This document shows, one piece after another, positions 55,296 to 64,000 of a stretch of 64,000 nucleotides of DNA. Source of the DNA: a virus; the IMG/VR virus record IMGVR_UViG_3300018465_000004, positions 29,019 through 93,018 of that record. One strand, given 5' to 3'. The notes beneath the pieces are model-generated. The model saw nothing but the letters and a program-made list of their open reading frames with translations. It was not told the DNA's origin and did not search any database. A program made the translations under genes and the position numbers. Every line of letters begins with the position of its first letter. The first letter of the stretch is position 1.

Positions 55296-56360
55296 ATGTC
55301 AACCGCAGTCGGCCGCAGGTCCCGGTCCGGGACCGACTGGCTCCGCAGCCAGGTCCGCCGGATCGGCGAAGGACCCGTGCAGCCGGTGACCGCCGAGGTC
55401 GCCGCCACCGTCGAGGTGGAGAGCTGGTTGCAGTCCCACGGCGTCCAGTACGCGCCGCCGGCACCGATCCCGATGAGCCTCATCGACGTGAAAGCATCAC
55501 GGACCAACCAGGCCCGCCGCGATCCGATCGTCGCCGAAAGCGTGGACCGGTTCTGCACGGCCATGCGCGCCGGGGTGGCCTTCCCCCCGATCGTGGTCTA
55601 CCCCAACGGCGGCAAGCTGGTGATTGTCGACGGGAACAACCGGCAGGCGTCGGCCGCCCGGGTCGGCGTCGACACCATCAACGGCATCGTGCTGTCGGAG
55701 GAAACCCCGAGCGAGGTCATCCACCTGCTGACGGTCGAGGCCAACGCCCGCCACGGGGTCACCCCCGAGCTGGCCTGGCGGATCCAGCAGGCGTTCGGAC
55801 TGTCGGCCATGGGCTGGAGCGACGCCCAGGCCGCGGAGGCTGCCGGCCTGTCACCGGCCCAGCTCCGCAGCGCTCGCACGGTCCAGGATGCCGACCAGCG
55901 CGCCCGCGGCCTGAAGCTCGGTGGATTCCTCGACCTGCCGGCGTCGAGCAAGGTGGCGCTCGTCGCGGTCAAGGACGACGCCGTTTTCTTCGCCCTGGCC
56001 AAGCTCGCCACCTCGACCGGAATGACCACGGACGAGATCCGCGAGGTCACCCGCGCCCTGCGCGGCCTCAACTCCGAGGGCGCCCGGCTGGAATTCGTCG
56101 CCAAGGCGGCAAAGGTGCGGGCGGTCGAGCGTCGGCCCGTCAAGCACGCGCAGGGCAAGCACCCGCGGCTGCACTCGCCGAAGTCGGCACTTGCCGCGGG
56201 CATCGGTAAGGTGCTCGGAGTCAAGCCGGAGGATCTGGTCCGCCAGATCGTCACCAGACACGACCGGGAGCTGATCGAGCAACGGCTCGACGAGCTTGAC
56301 CGCAAGCTGGATGTCATCCGCGCTGCCATGAACGCGCTGCCCAAGCTGGACGGGGAGTAG
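55296..56360 (+). CDS. Second ParB/Srx-like domain protein
   Basis: AGGAGA RBS; FPPIVV..LVIVDGNNR. Confidence 0.75.
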   Translation: MSTAVGRRSRSGTDWLRSQVRRIGEGPVQPVTAEVAATVEVESWLQSHGVQYAPPAPIPMSLIDVKASRTNQARRDPIVAESVDRFCTAMRAGVAFPPIVVYPNGGKLVIVDGNNRQASAARVGVDTINGIVLSEETPSEVIHLLTVEANARHGVTPELAWRIQQAFGLSAMGWSDAQAAEAAGLSPAQLRSARTVQDADQRARGLKLGGFLDLPASSKVALVAVKDDAVFFALAKLATSTGMTTDEIREVTRALRGLNSEGARLEFVAKAAKVRAVERRPVKHAQGKHPRLHSPKSALAAGIGKVLGVKPEDLVRQIVTRHDRELIEQRLDELDRKLDVIRAAMNALPKLDGE

Positions 56361-56364
56361 GCCA

Positions 56365-56994
56365 GTGGGAAGTCCGCTGTCCAGCGAGAGCAGGGACCTG
56401 CTCAAGCTGCTTCTCGACGGCCAGTGGCAACCCTTGGACGACGTCAAGGCGAGGGCGGCCAACCGGGTGATGCCGGGACGGGCGCTGCGCCACTACCAAA
56501 CCAAGGAGCAGAGCAGGCTCAGCCGCGAAGGACCCCGCACGCACCAGGAACTTGACGTCGACCAGCAGATCCGAAGCGGGCAGGTGGCACTGGTCAACCA
56601 GGCGGTCTACTCGATGACCAAGAAGTACCTGGAGGTCCGCGACGACGGGCTTCTGGGCAGGCGAATGGTGCGGATACGGCCAAAGATGCTGGAACAGATC
56701 AAGGCCAGACCGACAACTCTGAGCCCGGGAAAAGCGGAAGACCCGCCGACCACTCCGGAGGAGGAAGAGTCTATGCCGGAGCCGCAGCCAACAGCGCCGT
56801 TGGAATCGTCGACGGGAGTCACAGAGGAACGACTCCGAAGCATCTTCGCTGAGGAGATCTCTGCCGCGCTGGACACCTTCCAGCTCGGGATGCAGCGCTA
56901 CCTGGACGCCCAGTTCGCCGACCTGGACCGTCGACGCCGTCGAGGCAACCGCGGTGGAGATTCACGTCTACCACTGGACATCCGGAGACGGTAG
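56365..56994 (+). CDS. Hypothetical protein
   Basis: GGGGAG RBS. Confidence 0.6.
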   Translation: MGSPLSSESRDLLKLLLDGQWQPLDDVKARAANRVMPGRALRHYQTKEQSRLSREGPRTHQELDVDQQIRSGQVALVNQAVYSMTKKYLEVRDDGLLGRRMVRIRPKMLEQIKARPTTLSPGKAEDPPTTPEEEESMPEPQPTAPLESSTGVTEERLRSIFAEEISAALDTFQLGMQRYLDAQFADLDRRRRRGNRGGDSRLPLDIRRR

Positions 56995-57227
56995 TGCCGC
57001 GACAGTTCGACTCCGATGCGGTGGCCAGGGGCGAGGAAGGTCTCCGGTTCACCGAGAACCTCGACTGTCCACAGTGCGCGCTCATGTTCGAGGGGGTGTT
57101 CGTCGATGACTCGATATCCGTCGAGGACATCGTCGACCCCCCTCGGGCCGCGCACACATGTCCTGGCTGCGGGCACCAGTGGACGGCTGAGATGACCGGT
57201 TGGACCTTCTTCTCCGAAGCCGGCTGA
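56994..57227 (+). CDS. Zinc-ribbon protein
   Basis: CPQC...CPGCGH. Confidence 0.6.
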   Translation: MPRQFDSDAVARGEEGLRFTENLDCPQCALMFEGVFVDDSISVEDIVDPPRAAHTCPGCGHQWTAEMTGWTFFSEAG

Positions 57228-57289
57228 GCGCCGGGCGCGGAAACTGTCGTACGGTCGCGGTAGAAGTGGGTGGGCATACCAGCCTCCGA

Positions 57290-57363
57290 CGCGGGGTGGC
57301 GCAGTTCGGTAGCGCAGCGGGCTCATAATCCGCAGGCCATGGGTTCAAATCCCATCCCCGCCT
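57290..57363 (+). tRNA. tRNA-Met(CAU), initiator-like
   Basis: CGCGGGG acceptor with C1xC72 mismatch, loop CTCATAA, T arm ATGGG-TTCAAAT-CCCAT; no encoded CCA. Confidence 0.9.
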
Positions 57364-57367
57364 CGAT

Positions 57368-57399
57368 GACGGGGCGGCCAGGTTCCTGGCCGCCCCGTC
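57368..57399 (+). terminator. Hairpin after tRNA-Met
   Basis: GACGGGGCGGCCAGG / CCTGGCCGCCCCGTC. Confidence 0.7.
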
Positions 57400-57714
57400 C
57401 TGTCTGTTCACAGAGGGCAAGGTGAGTTCGATCAAAAGCTGGTTCAACGCCCGGTGGCCGTATCTGAGGCTGTGCACGGCACGGTGGTGCCTGCGCGGGC
57501 AGATCTACGACTACCGCTGCTACCGCCACCAACGGCATGCCTGAGCCGTTCCTCCGGTCGGAACTCGGTCGGGGTCCCGAGGCGACCCTGGACATGACGC
57601 GGCGCATCCGTGCCCTGCGAGCAACCGGGGCCGACATCCTGACAGCCCTGTGGATCCGCCACCTGATCGCCACCACCGGAGACGGCTATGTCTACGACTT
57701 TGCGACCGAACGCG

Positions 57715-58095
57715 ATGAAGCCCTCGCAGGCGACCCCGCCCAATAGGTTCGACCGCTTCGCCACCGCCGTCGCCGGCTGGGTTGCCCGCGGCTGGTTCTT
57801 CGCAGCATGTGTGGCCCTGGTCGTCGCCTGGGGACCGACAATCCTGCTGGTCCGCGACATCGACACCTGGCAGCTGTTGATCAACACACCGACCACCATC
57901 ATCACCTTCCTCCTGGTCGCGCTGATCCAGAACACCCAGGCCCGGGACAGCCGGGCCGTTCACCGCAAGCTCAACGCCATCGCCGACGCGGTGGCCGACC
58001 TGATGGAGTCCACACCAGACTCAACCGGTGAACTCGTCCGCGACGTTGACGAGCTGCGTGCAGCCGTCGGCCTGGAAAGCCGGGAAGGGACATGA
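57715..58095 (+). CDS. Low-affinity iron permease (Fet4-like) family protein
   Basis: DTWQLLINTPTTIITFLLVALIQNTQARDSRAVHRKLNAI. Confidence 0.85.
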   Translation: MKPSQATPPNRFDRFATAVAGWVARGWFFAACVALVVAWGPTILLVRDIDTWQLLINTPTTIITFLLVALIQNTQARDSRAVHRKLNAIADAVADLMESTPDSTGELVRDVDELRAAVGLESREGT

Positions 58096-58286
58096 GCGAA
58101 TCAAAGGCGCGGATGCAGGCGGATCTTCGTGCCCTGCGCCGGGAAGCCGACCGTGCCCACGCCATCGCCGCGGACCTGTTGCAGCACATCGTGGACCTGC
58201 ACGAGCACCTGCATCAGGTGCACGGTGAACGCCACCAGCTGGCCGTGCAGGTGCCTGAGTCGCTCTGGCGGCGGGTGAACGTGTGA
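58092..58286 (+). CDS. Small coiled-coil protein
   Basis: ATGA/GTGA overlaps. Confidence 0.55.
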   Translation: MSESKARMQADLRALRREADRAHAIAADLLQHIVDLHEHLHQVHGERHQLAVQVPESLWRRVNV

Positions 58287-59218
58287 TCGAGCACGTCGCC
58301 ATCCGCAGCTTCCAGAGCCTGCGCAGGGTCGACCTCGACCTCGGCCGCTTCACCGTCATCGTCGGCCAGTCCTCATCGGGCAAGTCCGCCCTGATGCGAG
58401 CCTTCCGCGCCGTCGCCTCCAACATCTCCGGAACCTCGGCAATCACCCGTGGCGCCGACGCCGCCGCCATCACCGTGCGCACCGGCGAGGCCGCGGTGAC
58501 CCTGGAGTACAGCCGCGGGGCCTGGCGCTACCGGCTGGTCGGACCCGACGGGGAAAAGGACTACACCAAGCTCAACCGGTCCGTCCCCGAGGCGGTCACC
58601 CAGACGCTGCGCATCGCCCCCGTCCCCACCACCGGCACCTCGATCAACTTCGCCGGCCAGTTCGACCGGCCGTACCTGCTCACCGAGTCCGGCGCCACCG
58701 TCGCCCGCGAGCTGGGCGAGCTGACCAATGTGGACACCATCTACGCGGCGGTCCGGGAAGCCAACCGTGTGCGGGCAGCCGCCGCCGGCACCTTGAAGAC
58801 CCGCCGCGCCGACCTCGAACGGCTGGTGACCGAGGCAGCCCGCTTCGCCGACCTCAAAGTCCGCCTCGCCGCATGCGACCGCGCCGAGCTGGCCGCCGCC
58901 CGCGCCGCCCACCTCAAAGACCAGATCCGCCGGTTGACGGCCGCCACGGATGCCCTGGAGATCGCGGAAGGTGTCCTGGCCCGAGCCGAACAGCTGCCGC
59001 CCGTCCCGTCCGAGACGGCCGCTCTAGCCGCCCACGGGCGGCTCACCACCCTCCATCAACTCCTGCGCGAATGCGCTTCCGCCGCCAAAGCCGAGGCGGA
59101 AGCCGCGCAGGCGAAGTACCGGACCTCAACCGCTACCGCGGTGCTGGAGCAGCAGCTGCACGCCCTGCTCGTCGAGGCCGGTACCTGCCCCACCTGTCAA
59201 CAACCCATACGTAACTAA
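58283..59218 (+). CDS. SbcC/Rad50-like ATPase, N-terminal half
   Basis: IRSFQSL, Walker A GQSSSGKS, GQFDRPYLL, coiled coil ending in CPTC hook. Confidence 0.85.
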   Translation: MIEHVAIRSFQSLRRVDLDLGRFTVIVGQSSSGKSALMRAFRAVASNISGTSAITRGADAAAITVRTGEAAVTLEYSRGAWRYRLVGPDGEKDYTKLNRSVPEAVTQTLRIAPVPTTGTSINFAGQFDRPYLLTESGATVARELGELTNVDTIYAAVREANRVRAAAAGTLKTRRADLERLVTEAARFADLKVRLAACDRAELAAARAAHLKDQIRRLTAATDALEIAEGVLARAEQLPPVPSETAALAAHGRLTTLHQLLRECASAAKAEAEAAQAKYRTSTATAVLEQQLHALLVEAGTCPTCQQPIRN

Positions 59219-59227
59219 AAGCTGGAG

Positions 59228-59668
59228 ATGCCAGTTATGAGCGGTATGAGCCACACCATCATTGGTGCCGGGGGCGGCTTCAACGCAGCTTCCTTCGCGC
59301 CGGTCAGCGTCAGCGACATCGTCCAGGGACGGTGCGGGCCGCACGGCTACGGCCAGCCCTGCCCCAGCAAGAGCCCGTCCACCAGCCCCTCGCCGAGCCC
59401 GTCGAAGAGCCCGTCCGCCAGCGCTTCGCCGAGCCCGTCGACCAGCCCGTCAGCGTCGTCGAGCAGCTCGGCGCCGGGGACCCCGTCCACCTCGCCGCAG
59501 CCGTCCACCTCGACCAGCACCACCACACCGCCGCTGGAGCTGCCCCGCACCGACTCCCTGCCCGGGACCGGCGCGATGGTCGGCTTCGGACTGCTCCTCG
59601 TCGTCGCCGGATCCGGGCTCGTCATGGCGACCCGCCGGATCGGCCGGCACCGCCGCCAGCGCGCGTAA
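59228..59668 (+). CDS. Ser/Pro-rich protein with LPxTG-type sorting signal
   Basis: LPGTG, hydrophobic stretch, RRIGRHRRQRA tail. Confidence 0.6.
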   Translation: MPVMSGMSHTIIGAGGGFNAASFAPVSVSDIVQGRCGPHGYGQPCPSKSPSTSPSPSPSKSPSASASPSPSTSPSASSSSSAPGTPSTSPQPSTSTSTTTPPLELPRTDSLPGTGAMVGFGLLLVVAGSGLVMATRRIGRHRRQRA

Positions 59669-59737
59669 ACGACGGCCCGCGCCGTGTAGAAGTCCCCAGG
59701 AGGCACGCCTCCTGGGGACTCTCTGCATGGAGGTGCG

Positions 59738-60178
59738 GTGCCGCGACCACATTGGACGGACTACTTTCTGGCGATCGCCCACCAGGTCGCTGAGCGCACT
59801 GACTGCCGCCGGGCAAAAGTGGGTGCCGTCCTGGTCGACCAGCGTCACCGCATCGTCGGATCCGGCTACCCCGGCACCGTTCCTGGGCGACCCGGCTGCC
59901 TGGCCGGTGCCTGCCCCCGCGGCCTCAAGTCCGCCGCCGAGCAGCCCCCGCTCAGCGCTTACGACGACTGCATCTCGGTGCACGCCGAGGCCAACGCCAT
60001 CCTCAACTCCGACCGGGCGCTCTACACCGGCGGCATCATCTATGTCACCCGCGAACCCTGCCACTGGTGCTTCAAGCTCCTCCAGGCCGCCGGTCTGAAC
60101 CTGGCCGTCTACGGCAGCCCCGGCGACTTCCGGTTCACCGACCTGGCCAAGTGGCAGGCGGTACAGGCTGATGTCTGA
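59738..60178 (+). CDS. dCMP deaminase
   Basis: HAEANA and PCHWC zinc motifs, KVGAVLV. Confidence 0.92.
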   Translation: MPRPHWTDYFLAIAHQVAERTDCRRAKVGAVLVDQRHRIVGSGYPGTVPGRPGCLAGACPRGLKSAAEQPPLSAYDDCISVHAEANAILNSDRALYTGGIIYVTREPCHWCFKLLQAAGLNLAVYGSPGDFRFTDLAKWQAVQADV

Positions 60179-61130
60179 GTACCTGCTGATGGGCGACATC
60201 CACCTCTCCGACCGGCCCCCGTCGAGCTGCACCGACAGCTACCAGGACGACATCTTCGACCTGTTGCGCCACGTCGGCACCATCGCCGCCGATCGCAGGT
60301 CCGCGGGCGTCATCTGGGCCGGTGACGTGTTCCACCACAAGACCCCCGGGCGGACCAGCCACCGCACCGTCATCGACCTGATCGCGCTGCTCTTCGACTA
60401 CCCCTGCCCGACCTACGTCGTGCCCGGCAACCACGACATGCTGCACGACCGGCTCGACAGCATCGACAACACCCAACCCCTCGGCGTGGTCATCGCCTCC
60501 GGCGCCCTGCGCCTGCTCAACGGCTGGATGAACAGCGGCGGCGACCTGGTCTACGGCGTGCCCTGGCTGATGCGTTTCACTGACGACGCGGTCGAGTCCG
60601 CTTTCGCCGACTGGCGCCACCTCAACCCCGAAGGTGCCGCCGCGCTGTGCGTCACCCACGCCCCGCTCTACCCGGTAGGTAGAGAACTCGCCTACGAGAA
60701 CTACCCCGCCGGCAAGTGGGCGTGGGCGATGGGCGGACACGGCAGCGTCTACTACGGACACGTCCACGAGCCGCACGGCATCCACCAGGTCGGCGGAGTG
60801 ACCTTCTGCAACGCCGGAGCCCTCTCCCGCGGTTCCCTGCACGAACACAACCTCACCCGCCCGGTCCAGATCGCCGCCTGGAGCGCCGACACCGGCACCT
60901 TCGCGCTGCTCGACCTTCCCCACAAGCCGGCCGAAGAGGTCTTCCGCCTCGTCGAGGCAAAGCAGGCCCGCACCGCCCAGGTCGAACTCGACCGGTTCCT
61001 CGACTCCGTCGGCCAGGCCCGGCTCGAAATCACCTCCATCGAGGCGGTCCTGGCCCACGTGCGCACCCTGCACCTCGGCGAGGAACTCGAACGCCTCATC
61101 GCCGCCCTGTTGGAAGAGGCCAGCGCGTGA
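60171..61130 (+). CDS. SbcD/Mre11-like metallophosphoesterase
   Basis: GDIH, GDVFH, GNHD, GHVH. Confidence 0.88.
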   Translation: MSEYLLMGDIHLSDRPPSSCTDSYQDDIFDLLRHVGTIAADRRSAGVIWAGDVFHHKTPGRTSHRTVIDLIALLFDYPCPTYVVPGNHDMLHDRLDSIDNTQPLGVVIASGALRLLNGWMNSGGDLVYGVPWLMRFTDDAVESAFADWRHLNPEGAAALCVTHAPLYPVGRELAYENYPAGKWAWAMGGHGSVYYGHVHEPHGIHQVGGVTFCNAGALSRGSLHEHNLTRPVQIAAWSADTGTFALLDLPHKPAEEVFRLVEAKQARTAQVELDRFLDSVGQARLEITSIEAVLAHVRTLHLGEELERLIAALLEEASA

Positions 61131-61615
61131 ACCCGCTCTACCGCACCGTCGCCGGCACCCGGATGGAGGTCATCCTCACCGACCTGGACTCCACGCTGGC
61201 CGACACGCGCCAACGCCGGCATCTGTGCCCCACCGTGGACGCGGCACGGACCTGGTCCGCCTACGCGATGGCCTGCTCCAACGACGCCCCGATGCTCGGA
61301 CCCATCGCCGCCCTGCGGATGTTCCACGCCGCCGGCTACGGCGTGCACATCGTCACCAACCGGCCCGAGTGCTCCCGCGCCCTGACCGAACGGTGGCTGC
61401 GGACCCACTGCGTGGCCTACGAAGTGCTGCGGATGCGCCCCGACGACAGCCCGTTCGACGGCGACATCAAACTCGCCTACCTCGACGAGATCCGCGCCAC
61501 TGGCTACGCACCCCTGCTCTTCCTCGAAGACTGGGCCGAGACCGCAGCCGCCATCGAAGCCGCCGGAGTCCCCACACTCTGCCTGAACCCCCGCTACCAG
61601 CTGGCCCCGGTATGA
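61127..61615 (+). CDS. HAD-superfamily phosphatase (PNK 3'-phosphatase-like)
   Basis: DLDSTLAD, VTNRP, LRMRP..D..K, LEDW. Confidence 0.75.
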   Translation: MNPLYRTVAGTRMEVILTDLDSTLADTRQRRHLCPTVDAARTWSAYAMACSNDAPMLGPIAALRMFHAAGYGVHIVTNRPECSRALTERWLRTHCVAYEVLRMRPDDSPFDGDIKLAYLDEIRATGYAPLLFLEDWAETAAAIEAAGVPTLCLNPRYQLAPV

Positions 61616-62433
61616 AACCCATCCGGATCTCCTGGAGCGCGCTACGCACCCACGACGAGTGCGGCATGAAAGCCCGCCTGATCCGCGAAGGCAAACGCAG
61701 CCCGGTCAAGGATCTGCGCAACTACTACCACGGCATGGTCGTGGACTCCGTCATGCAGCAGTGGCTCGCCGACCCGCAGCGGCGCCCCGGGCAGATGACC
61801 ACCATGGTCGACGCCGCCATCGTCGACGGCCTCACCGAGGCCCGTAGTTCCGGCGACGGCATGGTGCGCTGGCGCAACCCCGACGACCGCGCCCAGTTGC
61901 GCCAGTTCTGCCTCGACCTCGTCGACCGGCTCGAACCACTGCTCGCCCGCCACGTCCTGCCCTACCACTTCCGCGCCCCGTACCGCTTCGAAGTGCCCGT
62001 CGTCGTCGCCGGCAGCACCGTCCTGCTCGTCGGCGAGATGGACATCCTGGTCCACCACCAACCCGGCTACGTCGTACTCGACCTCAAAGCCACCGCCGAC
62101 GACCAGTACTGGCGGCGGGTCGCCGGCCAGCTCACCTTCTACGACCTGGCCGTGCTCGGCCTCTTCGGCGAACCCACCCGGGCCGTCGGACTCATCCAGC
62201 CCATGTGTCCCCAGCAGATGCTCGGCATCACCATCACCGACGAGGACCGCCGCCAGATGTGGGCCCGCATCCAACGCATGGTCGAAGAGATCCGCACCGA
62301 CGCCATCACCTGCAAGTCCGGCACCGCCGGCTGTACCTGGTGCGAGGTCCGCCACGCCTGCCCCCGTTACGCACCCGAGGCCGACTCACTCGGCCTGGGT
62401 CTGCGCCGCGCCGCCGAGGAGGCCCGCCAGTGA
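61612..62433 (+). CDS. PD-(D/E)xK RecB-like nuclease
   Basis: ISWSAL..ECGMK, GEMDIL, LDLKA, QLTFY, CTWCEVRHAC. Confidence 0.85.
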   Translation: MKPIRISWSALRTHDECGMKARLIREGKRSPVKDLRNYYHGMVVDSVMQQWLADPQRRPGQMTTMVDAAIVDGLTEARSSGDGMVRWRNPDDRAQLRQFCLDLVDRLEPLLARHVLPYHFRAPYRFEVPVVVAGSTVLLVGEMDILVHHQPGYVVLDLKATADDQYWRRVAGQLTFYDLAVLGLFGEPTRAVGLIQPMCPQQMLGITITDEDRRQMWARIQRMVEEIRTDAITCKSGTAGCTWCEVRHACPRYAPEADSLGLGLRRAAEEARQ

Positions 62434-62681
62434 CCGCCGACTTCGAAACCAGGGTCAACGCCCTCCGCGAGCGCATCGCCGCCGCGCAACGCGACCGCAT
62501 CCGCGCCGAACATGCCCGCGACGCCGCGCAGGCCCAGGCGCAGCGTGCCCGGCAGGCACTGCACGACGAGTTCGGTATAGCCACGCCGGAGCAGGCCCGC
62601 ACCCTGCTGGCCGCACTCCAGGAACAGCTCGCCGATGAGCTGGCCATCCTCAACGCCGAGCTGGACAAGATCGGGGCATAG
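62430..62681 (+). CDS. Small coiled-coil protein
   Basis: Heptad pattern, FGIATPEQA hinge. Confidence 0.65.
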   Translation: MTADFETRVNALRERIAAAQRDRIRAEHARDAAQAQAQRARQALHDEFGIATPEQARTLLAALQEQLADELAILNAELDKIGA

Positions 62682-62684
62682 CCG

Positions 62685-63884
62685 ATGGGCAACGTCGTCG
62701 ACGGACGCGATTTCCTGGACACCCTGCTCACCGACGAACCCGCACCGGCCACCCGACACACCACCAGCCTCGGCCTGGCCTTCACGGTCAAAAGGTTCAT
62801 CCTCGGCCTGCTGCTCGACCGCGCCGCCACCGTCGTGCCCACCCGCGATGTCATGGAAGTCCTCAACAACTTCCAGCTCGACGCACGCCCCGGCCGGCTA
62901 CGGGTCATCGCCAGCGACATGGAACAGTCCATGATCGCCACCACCGAGCTGGTCACCGTCACCGAACCCGGCGTCATCGTCTTCCCCGCAAAGAAACTGC
63001 TCGGCATCATCCGCGAAGCCGAAGACGGTGACGTCGCCTTCCGCGTCTCCGCCGGCACCGCCCATATCACCATCGGTCGCACCACCTGGACCAACAGGCT
63101 CCAGGGCGGCGAGGACTACCCCGCCATGCCCGAAGTCACCGAAGTGGTCATGACCGCCGTCGACCGCACCGAGTTCGCCACCGCCCTCGATGCGGTCCGC
63201 TACGCCGCCTGCAAGGACGTCGCCCGCGCCAGCCTCATGATGATCGACATCCGGGACAGCAAGCTCACCGCCTGCGACGGTTCGCGGTTCCAGCAGGCCG
63301 CCATGTGCACCTTCCCGTTCGCCTTCCAGCTGCCGATCGCCGCTGCGGACCGGCTGCTCAAGCTGCTGGCCAAGAGCGACGTCACCGAGATCGGAATCGG
63401 GCAGAGCGACCACCACCTGATCTTCCGCCTCGGCGCCGACGTATTCGTCGTCAACAAGCTGATGGCCCAGTTCCCGGACATGGAAGCCTCCCTGCTGCGA
63501 CCGGCCCTGGCCAACCGGCACCCGCTGACCGTCGACCGCCGCGAGCTGCTCGTCGCCCTCAAGCGCACCCGGATCAACGCCGACCCCGAAACCTCGGCGA
63601 TCGCACTGCGCCTGGCCGCCGGCACCGTCACCGTCGTCGCCCGCGACAAGTACGGCAACGACGCCACCGAGACCATCGACGCCGGCTGGACCGGCCCCGA
63701 ACGCACCGTCGTGGTCAACCACCAGTTCCTCGCCGATCTGATCTCGGCCCACCACGGCCAGACCCTGACCCTCCAGCTCGGCGACGACACCAAGACCCGC
63801 AAAGCCCCCGTCATGCTGCGCGCCGACACCGGCGCCGTCGGAGTCGTCCAGCAGATGCACAGCGACTGGGTAGGCGCCGGATGA
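62685..63884 (+). CDS. dnaN: DNA polymerase III beta sliding clamp
   Basis: FTVKR..L...VP..VL, ASDME, KKL..IIR, EDYP, ACDGSR, FPDME..L, NHQFLAD. Confidence 0.88.
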   Translation: MGNVVDGRDFLDTLLTDEPAPATRHTTSLGLAFTVKRFILGLLLDRAATVVPTRDVMEVLNNFQLDARPGRLRVIASDMEQSMIATTELVTVTEPGVIVFPAKKLLGIIREAEDGDVAFRVSAGTAHITIGRTTWTNRLQGGEDYPAMPEVTEVVMTAVDRTEFATALDAVRYAACKDVARASLMMIDIRDSKLTACDGSRFQQAAMCTFPFAFQLPIAAADRLLKLLAKSDVTEIGIGQSDHHLIFRLGADVFVVNKLMAQFPDMEASLLRPALANRHPLTVDRRELLVALKRTRINADPETSAIALRLAAGTVTVVARDKYGNDATETIDAGWTGPERTVVVNHQFLADLISAHHGQTLTLQLGDDTKTRKAPVMLRADTGAVGVVQQMHSDWVGAG

Positions 63885-64000
63885 ACCTGACCAGCTGCCA
63901 GGATCGGCTGCGGCGGGCGCGCCGCGCCCTGGACCGCCAGGTCGGCGAGGCAAGCGCCCTGGCCCGCGCCGGTCAGCAACTGCAAACCGACATCGCCGAC
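63881..64000 (+). CDS. Partial coiled-coil protein, possibly the SbcC C-terminal half
   Basis: ATGA overlap, heptad pattern, runs off the window. Confidence 0.4.
   Translation, partial: MNLTSCQDRLRRARRALDRQVGEASALARAGQQLQTDIAD

Overview
A gene-dense, high-GC (about two-thirds G+C by eye) segment that reads as the replication, recombination, lysis and accessory part of a large temperate actinomycete phage or phage-plasmid. A Micromonosporaceae-like host is my inference from gene style. No capsid, portal, terminase, primase or helicase is recognisable in the window. Left end: a partial large serine recombinase (minus strand, absent from the ORF track) and a divergent XerC/D-like tyrosine recombinase. 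Core functions recognised from motifs: two ParB-like proteins, family A DNA polymerase, gp32-like SSB, RuvC-like resolvase, RecA, two MazG-like proteins, DUF932 protein, split SbcC plus SbcD, RecB-like nuclease, beta sliding clamp, dCMP deaminase, RNase AS-like exonuclease, endolysin, GH26-like hydrolase, two fibre-like repeat proteins (one frameshifted) and a PAPS-reductase-like protein. RNA genes: an initiator-like tRNA-Met, a short-arm tRNA with anticodon UAA, and a degenerate tRNA-like cloverleaf. Most unusual signals: (1) about 12 copies of a 22-bp 8-6-8 palindrome punctuating a 36.9-45.5 kb block of small early-type genes that includes an Ocr-like ORF; (2) a cluster of three antitoxin-like genes around an apparently dead PIN toxin; (3) a core-less mimic of the FxSxx-COOH RiPP precursor; (4) two element-specific promoter classes driving mostly leaderless genes; (5) a 45-bp-period AT-rich array, a candidate origin; (6) several highly structured non-coding regions. 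All family calls come from motif recognition by eye; no database search was run.
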